Part shown: one piece after another, positions 29,285-41,910 of the stretch
How the letters are laid out: each line of letters starts with the position of its first letter
Numbering within the stretch: the first letter of the stretch is position 1
Assembly: GCA_002269645.1 (NCBI GenBank)
Contig: NIVC01001842.1
Coordinates: 1-64,000 of the forward strand
Length of the DNA: 64,000 bases
Direction of reading: 5' to 3'
Source of the DNA: Macrostomum lignano
Lineage: Eukaryota
The notes under the pieces: generated by a model
The model's input: the letters and a program-made list of their open reading frames with translations, nothing else
What the model was told of the DNA's origin: nothing
Database searches by the model: none
Program-made: the position numbers and the translations under genes

Positions 29285-29810
29285 AGACTCGGGAGTTGCT
29301 ACAGGTGTCAAGGCTCAAAGAGAAATTGCTATAGGTGTCAAAGCTCATGGGGGAATTGCTATAGGTGTCATAGCTCATGGGGGAATTGCTATAGGTGTCA
29401 ATGCTCATGGGGGAATTGCTAGAGGTGTCAAGGCTCATGGGGGAATTGCTAGAGGTGTCAAGGCTCATGGGGGAATTGCTAGAGGTGTCAAGGCTCATGG
29501 GGGAATTGCTATAGGTGTCAAGGTTCATGGGGGAATTGCTATAGGTGTCATAGCTCATGGAGGAATTGCTATAGGTGTCAATGCTCATGGGGGAATTGCT
29601 GGAGGTGTCAAGGCTCATGGGGGAATTGCTATAGGTGTCAAGGCTCATGGGGGAATTGCTATAGGTGTCAAAGCTCATGGGGGAATTGCTATAGGTATCA
29701 AGGCTCATGGGGAAATTGCTAGATGTCAAGGCTCATGGGGAAATTGCTAGGTGTCAAGGCTCATTTGGGGGTTACTGAAATGCTGTGGCTCATGGGGATG
29801 ACTGAAATGT
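29285..29810. repeat. 30-bp minisatellite (GGGGGAATTGCTATAGGTGTCAAGGCTCAT)n
   Basis: Directly visible. Inverted degenerate units occur at 29105-29205. Confidence 0.9.
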
Positions 29811-29822
29811 AAAGGCTACATG

Positions 29823-29990
29823 CCCGTACAGCAATCAGACGTCGGCGCGACGTCGACTTAAGTCCATCCCAACGTCCAGCTATTGTGATGTCGCTGACAA
29901 AATATGTACTGCATATCATGTACATTTAGTTTTTACACATTGACGGATAGGATGTCCAGCGGCGTCGCCAACGTCGGATTGCTGTACGCG
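29823..29990. mobile_element. MITE-like element (168 bp) with imperfect terminal inverted repeats
   Basis: Left end CCCGTACAGCAATCAGACGTCGGCG versus the reverse complement of the right end, CGCGTACAGCAATCCGACGTTGGCG. No clear TSD. Confidence 0.6.
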
Positions 29991-30903
29991 AGATGGGGGA
30001 ATTGCTGAAATGCTGTGGCTGTCATCCGGGTGGAGGATTAGGTATTGGCTTAGCATAGGGGTTCAACCATAAAATCGCTCTACCATAAAAGACTCGACCA
30101 TGGGGATTATATATAGGTAGATGTCATGGCTCATGGGGGGTTTCTGAAATGCCAAAGGGTCAATTAGGAGTTGTTGTAGGCACAACAGAGAGAGTTATGG
30201 CGCAGATTGGATTGCTATATAGTAATGGCCACTAATCCGTAAATTTAGATACACATGCATGCCCTTGCTTCTATTTACATGTAAAATGTGTACTTTTAAA
30301 GGATATTCAAGCACTTTCAAGCATTACATATACATGTATACTGTGTACACTGCACGTTTACACAGGTGCAAAGTATACACTAGTGCACACAGTACACTAC
30401 CAATGACTAACTTGAGTAATGTACTTTGTATAATACTCGTAAATGCGGCCAAGAGCGGGGCTAATTTTTTAAACAATCTGCTGGTTGAGGGAAAAGTGGT
30501 ACACACGCTTAGTTGAATCTCGAAGCTGACTTTGACTGTGAGATTTCTAAGCTCCAAAAATATATTTACTGAAGGGGAAGGCTAAAGTAAAGTGTACATT
30601 ATACATAATACAGCAGTTTGAATGCTGCACTGCTTGCACCACGTGATAACTTCGAATTTTAAGCATGAAAAGGCTCGCTGAAATTAAATTCCATGATTTA
30701 TAAAACGTTCTGAAATTACTTAAAAAAACTACAGTATGTTTGCAACTTTTTGCCATTAGCTGCTTAGTAGAAAGAATAAAGATTTCATTACATTCTATTA
30801 CGCTTTTTATTTGTTTTTTGTCTTCTTATTCTATATGGCAATTTAAACTTTTCGCTTAACATAGGCCTAATCTCGAATGCCTCATCGCCGGCGCCACGCC
30901 ATC

Positions 30904-31238
30904 CAGGGTTGAATGCGTGCCTTGATCGATCATCCCTTGATAGGGTTTTTCCCTTATAATAGCTCTACTAGAACGGATTTTATCCATTCAACTAATTTCC
31001 AACTCTTGCAACTCAGTCACTTAGACAGGCTCTACTAATGGGTTAGGCCTACACCGAATTCGTCAACAGACCTAAAATGTGAGAAATTGGAGGAAGTCGA
31101 ATTCGTCAACAGTTAAAACAAGCTGAGAGAATTCGTCAACAAAATGAGGCAGAATTACTAAAAGTTGTTTCGTATCTCAATAGCTAATGTAAATTTCTTT
31201 TGTCCAGCCAGACAGTGAACCAGATTATCTCCAGCCAG
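30904..31238 (+). repeat. 335-bp direct repeat, left copy
   Basis: Identical by eye to 40242-40576 (offset 9338 at both ends). Contains GAATTCGTCAACA three times. Confidence 0.95.
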
Positions 31239-32172
31239 CCCTAGTGCCATTTATGTTGCGGGAATGTTGTACAAATGTTGACGCGCAACAAGTGGTAAAC
31301 GTTGCTAGAAGCGACCGTTTGTCGCGCAAAACAACGTTGCAGAATGGTTGACGCATCAACATTGCAAAATCAACATACATCAACATCTGTGCAACATGTA
31401 GTCGTCGTGTCTACTATTAGTAGTATCTAATGTATGTGTATTATTCTATATACTACATATATTTCGTATCACTTTCATTCTATAATATACGACGACTCTA
31501 CTATTACACTTGCTTATGTCTTTCTTTCGCATGCCATGCATTAATTTTGGATTGTTGTTAAGGAACTTCTACCGGTAGTAACACTGACTACATAGTAAAA
31601 AATCTGTAGCTTGCACACAGGTTCAAAAATCGAGACTCCTACATCTTGAAATAATACGAAAATACGGCCATGACTTAGCATTTGCTAAAAAGAATAAGTA
31701 AAATAGCAAAAAACGTTTCGATTTAAAGGTCTGCGAAGATTAGCTAATGAGCACCATTAATTTTTTTTGTTTTATCGTAAACACATCAGATCAGACGGTT
31801 ACCATTATAGTAGGTCAAGAAAGCAATAAAAATATTTACTACATTAGATGCGCATGATGTGTATCTTTGTGTGTGACTGCAAGCTGCAACCTGCAGTGTT
31901 TCTTTTAATGAATAAAAAAGTTAGCAGGAAAATAAGAGATTCGCAAAACTATTATTAATGGCAACTGCTATTTGCATGCTGGCAAAACAGACATGTCGTT
32001 CAGAAAAGATGCAAAGATAACTAGAGATCTGATGGCGATGATTAAAAACAGCTATAGCCTCCAAAGAGATTCACCTAACCTAGAGCGAGTCTATACTGAT
32101 CTTTGTTCTTAGAACTTAGAACAACTAGTTTTATTAAGCCACCAATCCCGTGAAGTCTGAACTCCTATTTAC

Positions 32173-34797
32173 TCAAAGTTGAGTAAGTGTACAACCGTCA
32201 ACGTTGATGACTTCAAATCGTTGGCCGCCATTGTCATTATCTTCGCTGCTGTCGTGAGCGCCCTCGTCGTCAGAACTGCTGTCGCTCTCGCCACTTGCAT
32301 CGCCGTCAGTGTTCATGTCTGCGCCGTCACCTCCGCTTTGCCGAGTGCTCCTTGGGCCTGCAGCCGAGTTCCGAAGTTCTCCAGTCGGACGCTGTGCGGA
32401 CTGCTGTGAGCACCTTTTTCGGCGGAACCGAGTGCCTGAGTGGCGCAGATGTTCGCCCACCGCGGATTCAATGGCCTCGCCTTTGGCGTCTTTGTGAACA
32501 CTCCACACGACGTCTAAAAGTAGGTAAATACTGCCCATTAGTTTTGCTTACCCAAAGTAGATTAGTATCTAGATATGGACGTACAGAATTGATATATATT
32601 TAACTAAGCAGCTTAAATACACATTTTATCATAGAAGAGACAAAATCCTAAGCACCATTATGTTGCTTACTTTTGATAAAAGGCAGCAGGCCAGTTGACT
32701 CAAAGCAATACTTGGAAACGCCAGAACGCTTGGCACCACGGAGACTGAACTGATGAGCAAGCTTGTCATCCATGATGTGGTATAAGATATTAGCGACGGA
32801 CTTCATTAGAGTTTTGCTGGTAAGCCGCTTGAAGAACAGAAACTGAAATGTGTGGAATGAATTCGAATGGTAGACTAGAAATTGAATTAATAAACTACAA
32901 GACATTACACATTAATAGTCATGTCTTGTAATGTGTTATATTCTCTCATAAAATACATGCGGCAGTTAAGCGGCATCCAGTCGCTTTTGTAAATCGTGCA
33001 ATGATAAAAATCATACAAAATACTAGCACTCACTGCATCATTTAAGCAGCCTCGATCACTTGTTAGTCGTGTGGCCCACTCAGTCAGTTTATCGACTTCG
33101 GTAAATGGCAGATCTTGAAGTATAGGCCTGTCGGTTGGCTGTTGGCCGTGCTGGGCATTGCTGGAGTTTGCACCTGTACTACGAGACGAAGAGTTCTGCA
33201 GAGCAAGAAACTGCAGGTGAAAGTCTTTCACCTCTGTAGCCAGGCCACAAATCGCACCATGCATCGCGCGCTGGGTTGCTAAAATGAAGAAAATTATCGA
33301 GAAGATGTATCAGCCAGTCAGGGATAATAGTCAGTTAGTGACTCAAATAGATTATTCTCTATACAAACCAGATGAACCTCCGAAACGTTAAGTACAAATT
33401 AAAAAGTGTAAATCGCAGCAAAACTCAGAATCATGCGGAGCTGAATGTTTAATAGTGCATTACGCCATTTTAATTTAAATCGTAACTTTACTTAATTCTG
33501 GAAATGAAGAGCTCGGATTAGAACTTCTAAATTTTCTTATATCAGCGCCTCAGTAGCGAAAGAAATTTTTTTAGCTGGCTTACTTTCAATCCGCCGCACG
33601 GCTGTCACTAGAAAGTCCAATATGTCTGCACGGCTCGCGTCGTAAACGCCAATCGCAGAGGCCGCGGCAGCTGCAGCAGAAGCAGGATGGTGCTGGATTC
33701 CATGCCCCATCGGAGAGGCCGCGGCAGATGCAGCAGAAGCAGGATGGTGCTGGATTCCATGCCCCATCGGAGAGGCCGCGGCAGATGCAGCAGAAGCAGG
33801 ATGGTGCTGGATTCCATGCCCCATCGGAGAGGCCGCGGCAGCTGCAGCAGAAGCAGGATGGTGCTGGATTCCATGCCCCATCGGAGAGGCCGCGGCAGCT
33901 GCAGCTAAATTGGTGCTGGTGCTGAAGCTGCCACAAGAAGACTGTGAAAACGGGCTCAGACTCGATGTAGTAGCATGAACTGCGCTTGCCAAGATGGCTT
34001 CATGTTGGATGGAAGCCAAATTCGAACTGCTGCTTATTGTCAAAGGTGGCCTCGTGCCATCAGGTTGAAACTTTGGTGGCGCTGACGACTGTCCAGCACT
34101 CCGGCTGTTACCCAGTGTAGAGGATTTGCTCTTTGTCGTTCTCTTTCGGCCGGTTTTTCGAGTCTCAATGTCGAAATTCTCATTGTAATAGTGGTCGACA
34201 ACTTGAATTCTTCGTGGAGCATCTATATCAGTAGAATCAACTTCTCCCCGACTCTCGTACCGCTTCCGCAGGTTGACAGCAGCGGGAAATTGATCTGCAT
34301 GAAGGGGAATAGACACATGTACATGTACACTATATAAAATTACATCCTTTATTATTAGCTATGAAAATTCGCTTTCACGTGGGACTTAGTCATCCCACAT
34401 CTAATTAAACAAGAAAAAATATCAACCCCCCGATGTAGATAATAGGAGCCACATTGAAGTACTTTTTTCTAATGTATACAAGAAAATAGTACAATAATTG
34501 CACTTAAGACTGGCTTCATATGTAATCATAGGCATATCATATATAATCTACCTATTTGAAAATAATTCTGCATTAGCACATAAACTCACCTCTCGATCCA
34601 ATGATGTCGACTTTGTAAGGCAACCAACTATCGTCTGGGACTGACTTCGACTGGTTTGTCAAGCAAGCCTTGAACTTTTTCAGGGGAGGGCACAAGACGC
34701 TGTCGCTGCCCTGAAGCCAGGAACGACGAACGATTTCAATTTCTTCAGTTTCATTGAAGCGAACAACAACAAATGCATTCAGGTCGTTTAGACTCAT
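32173..34797 (-). CDS. Transposon accessory protein (DUF4806/BEN-like C-terminus), exons 34590-34797, 33584-34294, 33034-33278, 32671-32842, 32173-32513 (~558 aa)
   Basis: N-terminal FVVVRF..EIEIVRRSWL..CPP..W..YKVDIIG and C-terminal SVANILYHIMDDKLAHQFSLRG..K..F, as I recall from animal EnSpm second ORFs. All four GT-AG junctions are phase-compatible and the total of 1677 nt is in frame. Confidence 0.7.
33655..33905 (-). repeat. 57-bp coding tandem repeat (about 4 units, PMGHGIQHHPAS plus Ala/Ser run) in the accessory gene
   Basis: Unit starts at 33700 and 33757, 57 bp apart; frame preserving. Confidence 0.9.
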
Positions 34798-35296
34798 TCA
34801 TAGACTTGGCCCGAATATGCTGAAATAAAAGTTGGAGGGAAACAAAGCAAAGTTAGAAAAGCTATCGGATCGGAACACATTTTCCTTTATTATTTTATAG
34901 TACTATGGGTGAAAACGCAACGCATATATTTCAGAAGCCTACCTTCACTAAAAATCTGTTAACAAACAGCAAAACCATTTTGCGAAGCAAAGAAAACCAT
35001 CTAAAAAGGGACTGTCATATATTTCGCATGTCTATGCCTAATCATGTCTAGGTCTATATGCGATTGTTGGAAAGAATTTAATATGAAAGCATGAAATTAG
35101 TGACAGCGTGAAATGATAGTATGTTCTTCCCACAAACATTTATATTTTCTAATATTACCTGCTTACTCAGTGGGAGTGGCTAAAAATGAAACCAACATTT
35201 GCTGAATGAGAAAGCAGCTAGCTAGAAGAAGTCAGACAGAGAGTTCATTCAGTTGCTTCCAAACATTTGCAGAGAAATGCTTGATGTGCGTAGAAG

Positions 35297-38200
35297 CTAC
35301 GCACAGTCGACCAATGTATGTAAAATAGGGAGAATGCAGGAACGATTTTTGAGACTTACAAGCATCGCTTTACCATAGAAATCAGTCCATCGTACAGTTA
35401 CGAGTGAGTTGCTTAAAGTATTGACAACGGAAATGTGCAGAGACATTGAGTCGAAAGTTTCGTCGTAGAGGGCGGTTTGCTGAATAAATTTCTTGCCAAC
35501 GAAAATACAACCGACATCAGTAGAAATTATATGAGTGACTACAACTGCAAATCCATCTCGAGTTAAAATATAGCAGTCTGGATTAGCAACAGATATATAC
35601 GTTCCACGCAATACAAGACTAACTTTACGGTAAATACCAAATGTCTGAACTCCTTGCAATGAGAAGTCTACATTCGAAGATGCAATTGGACCGGAATATT
35701 CAAAAGGCGACTGAATAGAACACATGTGCTTAGGAAAAAAACCGAGAGTCACATCTCTCTCCAGAATTCGCTTCACAGTCTGCTCGAGAGCAAAACGTGG
35801 ACTGCGAACAAACTGGGTAATAAAGCGGATAAAATTTTCGCCCCAAAAGCAACTAAAACTATCCAACGGACCACGTCGACGAACTTCTGAAGGAATATGA
35901 ATTATTGAATGCACAGTGTACACGATAAACTCGTCACCCCAAATAATTGCACATTCATTAACAATGTGCTTTGCCAAATCTTCGGCATAAGAGCAGTACG
36001 TTTGACAAACCAAAGGATGCGACAATAGGAAAACAAACGAATGCAGAGAAAGAAATAATTGATACACAGATTCAGGGACGTTTCCAGCTAAAACAATTGG
36101 CGCCAAGTACAAAATAAACAATCTAAACTCAGTTGCCTTCCAAAGACCCACGCACTCAATCGACCGTGGCTTTCGTGCAAAATCATGCGGAATGCAAGAC
36201 GAAATAGAACACAGATCAGCACTTATCTGACGAATATTAGGTCCAGATGCTCGATGGGGCAAGCGTCCCTTACCGAGGAATTTTAAACATTTAGGAACAA
36301 TACCCTCGTATATTAAGTGCATTGGATCCAGAGGAAAATCATGAACCATGTCGATGGGCAAACTTAAAAAAGGGCTTGGTAGAAGAACATGATTTGGGTA
36401 TACATCACCTCTGAAGCCAAAGTCAGTTCGTAGTGCAGCACTTAGGTCAGAAAATGTCACTCTTCCATTACAAAAGTCCCCTTCAACAGTGCACTTGTCG
36501 CAACCAAAGTATCCCCAACATGCTTTTGTTCCTTTTACAAAGCTGCGTGCTGGTGAATCGCAGGTAATCATTGAAAGTTTAAAAGGTAATATGAGATCTG
36601 ACTCTGAAGTGACAGTAGAGACAAATCCATCAGCCATCAAATCACGCAATTCAGTAATACAGTCGGCAAGAAAGTCCGAAGCAGAGAGGGGTTTGCCAGT
36701 TCCATAGTAAAGCCCGATTATAAAAACAGAATGAGACAAATTCGAAACTCTACCCAACACAGGCCACAATGTATAGGTAGTGCTATTGTGCACTTTTGCA
36801 CCATCAACAAAAAGGTGGAGGTTCAAGGAATCCAGACGAGAGCGTGATCCAATATTGCTCAGGAGAAAGTCAAGACCAGCTTTAACGCCAAAATGATAAT
36901 ATCGCCCTGGGTTGACATAGCGAAAAGTAAGCTCCCTTGGTGTAGTCATTAGTCCACGATAGTCAGCAGCTAGACCAGGAAACTCGTCTTGTAGATTCTG
37001 AAGCAAGTAGTTCACGCACGGCACTTCTGGGCCTGTTGCTTTAACCCAGTCTCGAAGCATGGCCTCGAGTCTCGCACATTGGTTGTCATCAGAATGAAGG
37101 GCTGATTCAATCGTTGAAGAAGTCAGGTTTCCTAAATGTAAGAAATAAATAGCTAGAGTATTATCAAAAACTATTAAAAAGATTATGCACATACTTGTTG
37201 ATAAAATCACATTTTTACTCTAAATTTTTGTTTAACTTTCAAAGTTACAGAAAAAATTTAAGTTAATTTATTTGTAAAGCAGAAATGAATAATGGATGGT
37301 GTAAGGTTCATATTCAGTTTAGAGGATCAAGCACACTAAGATGTCAATAAAAAGTGTTGAAAGCAATTAGGGGTTATTATAAAAAATAGATACATTCAAT
37401 CTTACCAACATCATCACTAGTCATCTCCTGGTATTCAAGTTCCATTTGAGACTCTTCTGTGGGCTCAGGAGCAGCATGAATTCCAAGCTCTGCCATAGGC
37501 TCAGTTGGCTGTTGACTTGGATCTTCAGTGTGACATGGGCAATGCAGCATAACTGCAGCTTCCTCGTAGCTTCTCTTAATATGTCGTTGGACTGTTCGCT
37601 TACTGGCTCCATGAACAGATGTTGAGGAAAAACCTAGACAAATTATAGAGAAATGGATGAAATGAAAGCCTCATAATTACGCCAGCATAATGAAGCCTTC
37701 TATGCCTTCAATACCTTGAGCAAGACCTAGCAAGAAACTGTCAGAGTATCAAGATCATACCCTTGATAATGAGTACTCAACATAAGTATATGCTTATTGC
37801 AACATATATATAATATAAATTATAGCAAAAAATATGTTTATATTACAAATCTAATATACAATCCACAAATTTCCTAAAACTTGCATCTTGTGCTTTAAAG
37901 AAAATAATAATTGTTTAACAACATTGCAAGCTTTATTTTCTCCAAACAGAAGCATTATAGATAAAAAAATTTACTCAAAGTTTTGCCAAAAGCAAAAATA
38001 AATCAAGTTGACAATTATCATTATGAACAAATCCCAAATACACCAAATTCATCATTTAGCATAGCAAACATTTTTATAGGCAAGGTTTGATTTAGGGTCT
38101 AATATAGTAGAACTAAAACTAATAAATATAATAAATAATAAAACTAATATAGGGTCTTTAGGAGCATATATAAAAATTAACAAATTAGGTTGAATACAAA

Positions 38201-39166
38201 TAGCCAGCATTATATACTTTTAAGCTTGATACTCAAGTCTCTTGAATTTTGACTAGCACTTCATATCCAACAAATAACTTTTCAATAAATTTTGTTTTAT
38301 TTGAATTAATTTAGCTATCATTAGCTAGTTATTAAATATAACATTTCTTATGAAACAATCTTATACCATAGTCCAGAAGAAGGCATCTTGTACCCCAGAA
38401 ATTTCTAGGGTACACTCAAGAAATTTAGCATACATTGGCATACACAAAAAGTGATTTTCTAAGGCTTTTGGCATATATGTTTAATATTTTTGTGACACAC
38501 AAAGAATGAAAAGTTATGTTATTAATAATTGTTACAATAGTTGTCCATGCATACATTACTATAAAATTTGATATAAAATTAATGCAAAACTGAATTCTGT
38601 TTTTTATAAGTTAAAAGTCATGATTTTTAACAAAAATGCACAAAGTTTACTTTTGTTTTTTTAATATATATAACATTATATAAATATAACTATAACTGTT
38701 ATTTTTAGTTTTTAGCTCATCTCATTTAAATTAAATATCTAAATCACCCATCATGTTCCATCACTTATTCCTAGCAATTTAGATGTTTTGTGTAAAGTAT
38801 TATAAATGGTATATATTGGCATTAAAAGAATGTTGACAGTTTTTTTGTGGGGCACATATAGTGTTCTGAACTATAGATCTTATACAAAAAATCTAGGGGG
38901 CCTGATTTGCAACACTTTTTATTTATAGTTGAAATTTGCTCTTTAATCATTTCTAAGTCTATTTTACATCCAAAATGCAAAAAAACTTATTGATATTTGC
39001 AATCTACACTTTAATCTTTATTTTGGCAGTCTTAGTCTTACTTCTTATAATAAAGGAATGTTTAGACAAACATTTTATGATATAGAGCAATAGGCCTAAT
39101 ATAGATATATAAATAGACTATACCAAATGGTATATAATTGAGGCAAACTTGAACTAAAAATAGTTA

Positions 39167-39202
<36 letters not shown>

Positions 39203-39550
39203 TATTTATACCAACAACATGAGTTTGTATTATATTTATATTATAGGGCCTAGCAACATATTATACTAACTAACCTTAAGTATTAGGCCTATACTAACAA
39301 ATGTTTGGCCTAAATAAGGCTAAGCATAACATAATCAAAATACTTTATATATTAGATAAGCATAAAAAATATATATTAGAAACAGAGTTTCATTGCATTA
39401 TTATTTACCTACAACAACTGTGTCTTCACTTAGAGTAGGTGCAGAAGCAGATGGCCCAGACAAAAATACAATATTAGATGCTAGACCACTAAGGGCCTGG
39501 TCCTGATTATTTGCAACTTCAGGTTCAACTTGATCTTTGTCTATCTCTTG
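35297..39550 (-). CDS. EnSpm/CACTA-like transposase, exons ~39409-39550 (start uncertain), 37406-37633, 35297-37131
   Basis: Uninterrupted frame with YYHFG, FVDG, LWPVLG, IGLYYGTGKP, ITCDSPARSFVK, GYFGCDKC, DPMHLIYEG, FARKPRS, WKATEFRLF, HSIIH, GPL..FS.F..EN. Phase-1 junctions match at 39409/37633 and 37406/37131. Confidence 0.88.
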
Positions 39551-40241
39551 GGTAGTTTTGCAAGTTACAATCAAGTAAACAAAAAAAGCTATGGTTGTAA
39601 TCCCAGGAGCAAACAAAAAAACTGGCATTCCCAACTTAATATAGTAGCCAGGCTAAGGCCTAGGCAATAATATTTTTATGTTCTTTAAGTTTAAATTCAA
39701 GGGCTAGTGTAGTAGGAAGAGCTTTGCAACAACAGATTTTTATCTAATTAATTTTAGTTACGTTTTTGTATTCTAGGCCTTCGACTTATGCCAACTTTAA
39801 AGCTAAGCAAACATGCAATAAACCAAATAAAAAGCTAAACAAAAAGTCAAATAGAAAGTTAGGTAAACAGTAGGCCTAAATAGCAACGATTTTTTTTGCA
39901 GCTAGAAATCCGTGTCGATGTGCCTGACGGTAGAAATTAAATCAAGTTGGTTAGTAAAAACTGTAGCAGCTACATTTAACAAATCTTTACGTATACATTA
40001 AAGAAACAGATTCTTCTGAATTAGAATTACATAAATGAATAACTCCGTACAATTTTAATTTAAGGAGCTCCCGAATCTAAACGAGTTGCAATAATTCAAT
40101 TGCCAGAAATTCACACATTTGAAATCTTTTTCTATATCAATGTTCCTGCAACAATTCAGCAACATTTTTATGTCAACGTTGATGCCAAGCGCGCGCTGTC
40201 AACAACGTCAATGTTGCAGCAACTAAAGATGGCACTAGGGG

Positions 40242-40576
40242 CAGGGTTGAATGCGTGCCTTGATCGATCATCCCTTGATAGGGTTTTTCCCTTATAATAG
40301 CTCTACTAGAACGGATTTTATCCATTCAACTAATTTCCAACTCTTGCAACTCAGTCACTTAGACAGGCTCTACTAATGGGTTAGGCCTACACCGAATTCG
40401 TCAACAGACCTAAAATGTGAGAAATTGGAGGAAGTCGAATTCGTCAACAGTTAAAACAAGCTGAGAGAATTCGTCAACAAAATGAGGCAGAATTACTAAA
40501 AGTTGTTTCGTATCTCAATAGCTAATGTAAATTTCTTTTGTCCAGCCAGACAGTGAACCAGATTATCTCCAGCCAG
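40242..40576 (+). repeat. 335-bp direct repeat, right copy
   Basis: Identical by eye to 30904-31238. Confidence 0.95.
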
Positions 40577-41341
40577 ACGGTGTCCAGGTGTAGGCAAATC
40601 TCTCGCAAGCAAATCTTGTCAGGCAATTTGTCTATGGGCAATTCTCATAGATCTCTATATTAAATATAGTGCAAATATAGCCAATATTAGGCCTCTAATA
40701 AAGAAATTTTATTTTTAGGCATAAAATTGGGGTCTGTATTAGGCCCTAGGCAAATAAGTATAGGCCTAGGCATAAGCCAGCCAATAGTCTAGATTATGCT
40801 ATATGCATGCCAAAACCAAATTGAATAGGCCTTAGTTACAAATGCAAAACAGAAAAATTGAGTGCTTGCTCACACTCAAATTAGTCAAAACTAGTCTAGT
40901 GTTGCAACAATAAATAACCTTTTTTGAATTACAAAAACTTATAACACCCTTTTTGACTAATATTTATATGATTAGGGCCTAGGCCTATTTATCTTTCTTT
41001 TCTATGCTAGGCCTAAGTCAATATTTTTGCTTGCCATTGCCTTATTAGCCTATTTTTTTACTAAATGTTTTTTATGTGCAATATATACAATCTAAGAATA
41101 AAGGAATGGTAAAATGTTGGATTAGTATGTTATCAATTGGCAAAAAGTCATTTTTGTAAAAATTTGGGCATTTTTTGAAGCAAAAGACATCATAAAGATT
41201 TTGTAGGCCTACCTTTTAAAAACAAATAGAAAGGTTTTGAAGGTTGAAACAAACTATAGATAAAAGTATAGTACTTGCATCATCAGATAAAAGCATTGGT
41301 GACCAAATAATCTATTATATTTTTAATGTATTAGTAGGCCC

Positions 41342-41910
41342 GGCAATCCTACACTTCTGTTCGGTAAATTATTTTGACACTGAGTTTTGAACAGGCATGT
41401 TAAATAACAATGTAACCAAACAAAACTAAAACAGTGGAACATGGTAGCAGTCTGTTAGAGCGCATAGTCACTTAGAGTGTGTCTGCAGGTCATTAAGGTG
41501 TCTATAATGGATAGTAATGTCCAATCCAGTACAGGATAGCCCCAAATGGACATTGGGGATACAGATGACCCCAGAGGAATTCATAATTCCTTAATGTGTG
41601 CGTCAAAGAGAGCGTCGCTCGTGCCATGCATGTTGCGGATCTTGCGCTTCGCGTGGGCCCATGTGCCCTCCACGGTGTTGGTGTGGACTGTTGGGTCTGC
41701 TGGATCTATGAAGTGCAGCCAATGGGAAATAAGAAATTGAAGCTCAAAAAACAAGCAGCTCACAAGCAACAGCTCCCTTAAACTGACACCCCCTTAAAAT
41801 CTGTTCGCTCAAACTTTTGGCCATAGACACATTGCCAATCGACGTCATTTGACTCGGTGGTACGAATTCAAATGTTAAAATAATTTACTGAACGGAAGTG
41901 TAGGATTGCC
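41342..41910 (-). mobile_element. Merlin (IS1016/IS1595-related) non-autonomous deletion derivative, 569 bp
   Basis: ~35-bp TIRs starting GGCAATCCTACACTTC. Exact 8-bp TSD GTAGGCCC at 41334-41341 and 41911-41918. Frameshifted transposase C-terminus HFIDP..VHTNTVEGTW..KR..GTS / EFLW..PFGAIL..I..YYPL*. Confidence 0.88.

Larger units (their letters stand above)
31239..40241 (-). mobile_element. CMC/EnSpm (CACTA-like) DNA transposon, ~9.0 kb, apparently full length
   Basis: TIRs CCCTAGTGCCAT / ATGGCACTAGGG(G). Subterminal ATGTTG/CAACAT/AACGTTG motifs at both ends. CAG on both flanks. Encodes an EnSpm-type transposase and a second spliced gene. Confidence 0.88.

Noticed and set aside
30904-40576. 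LTR retrotransposon interpretation of the 335-bp direct repeats
   Set aside because: The interior encodes a DNA transposase with its own TIRs and no gag, RT or integrase. The repeats do not end in TG...CA with an external TSD.
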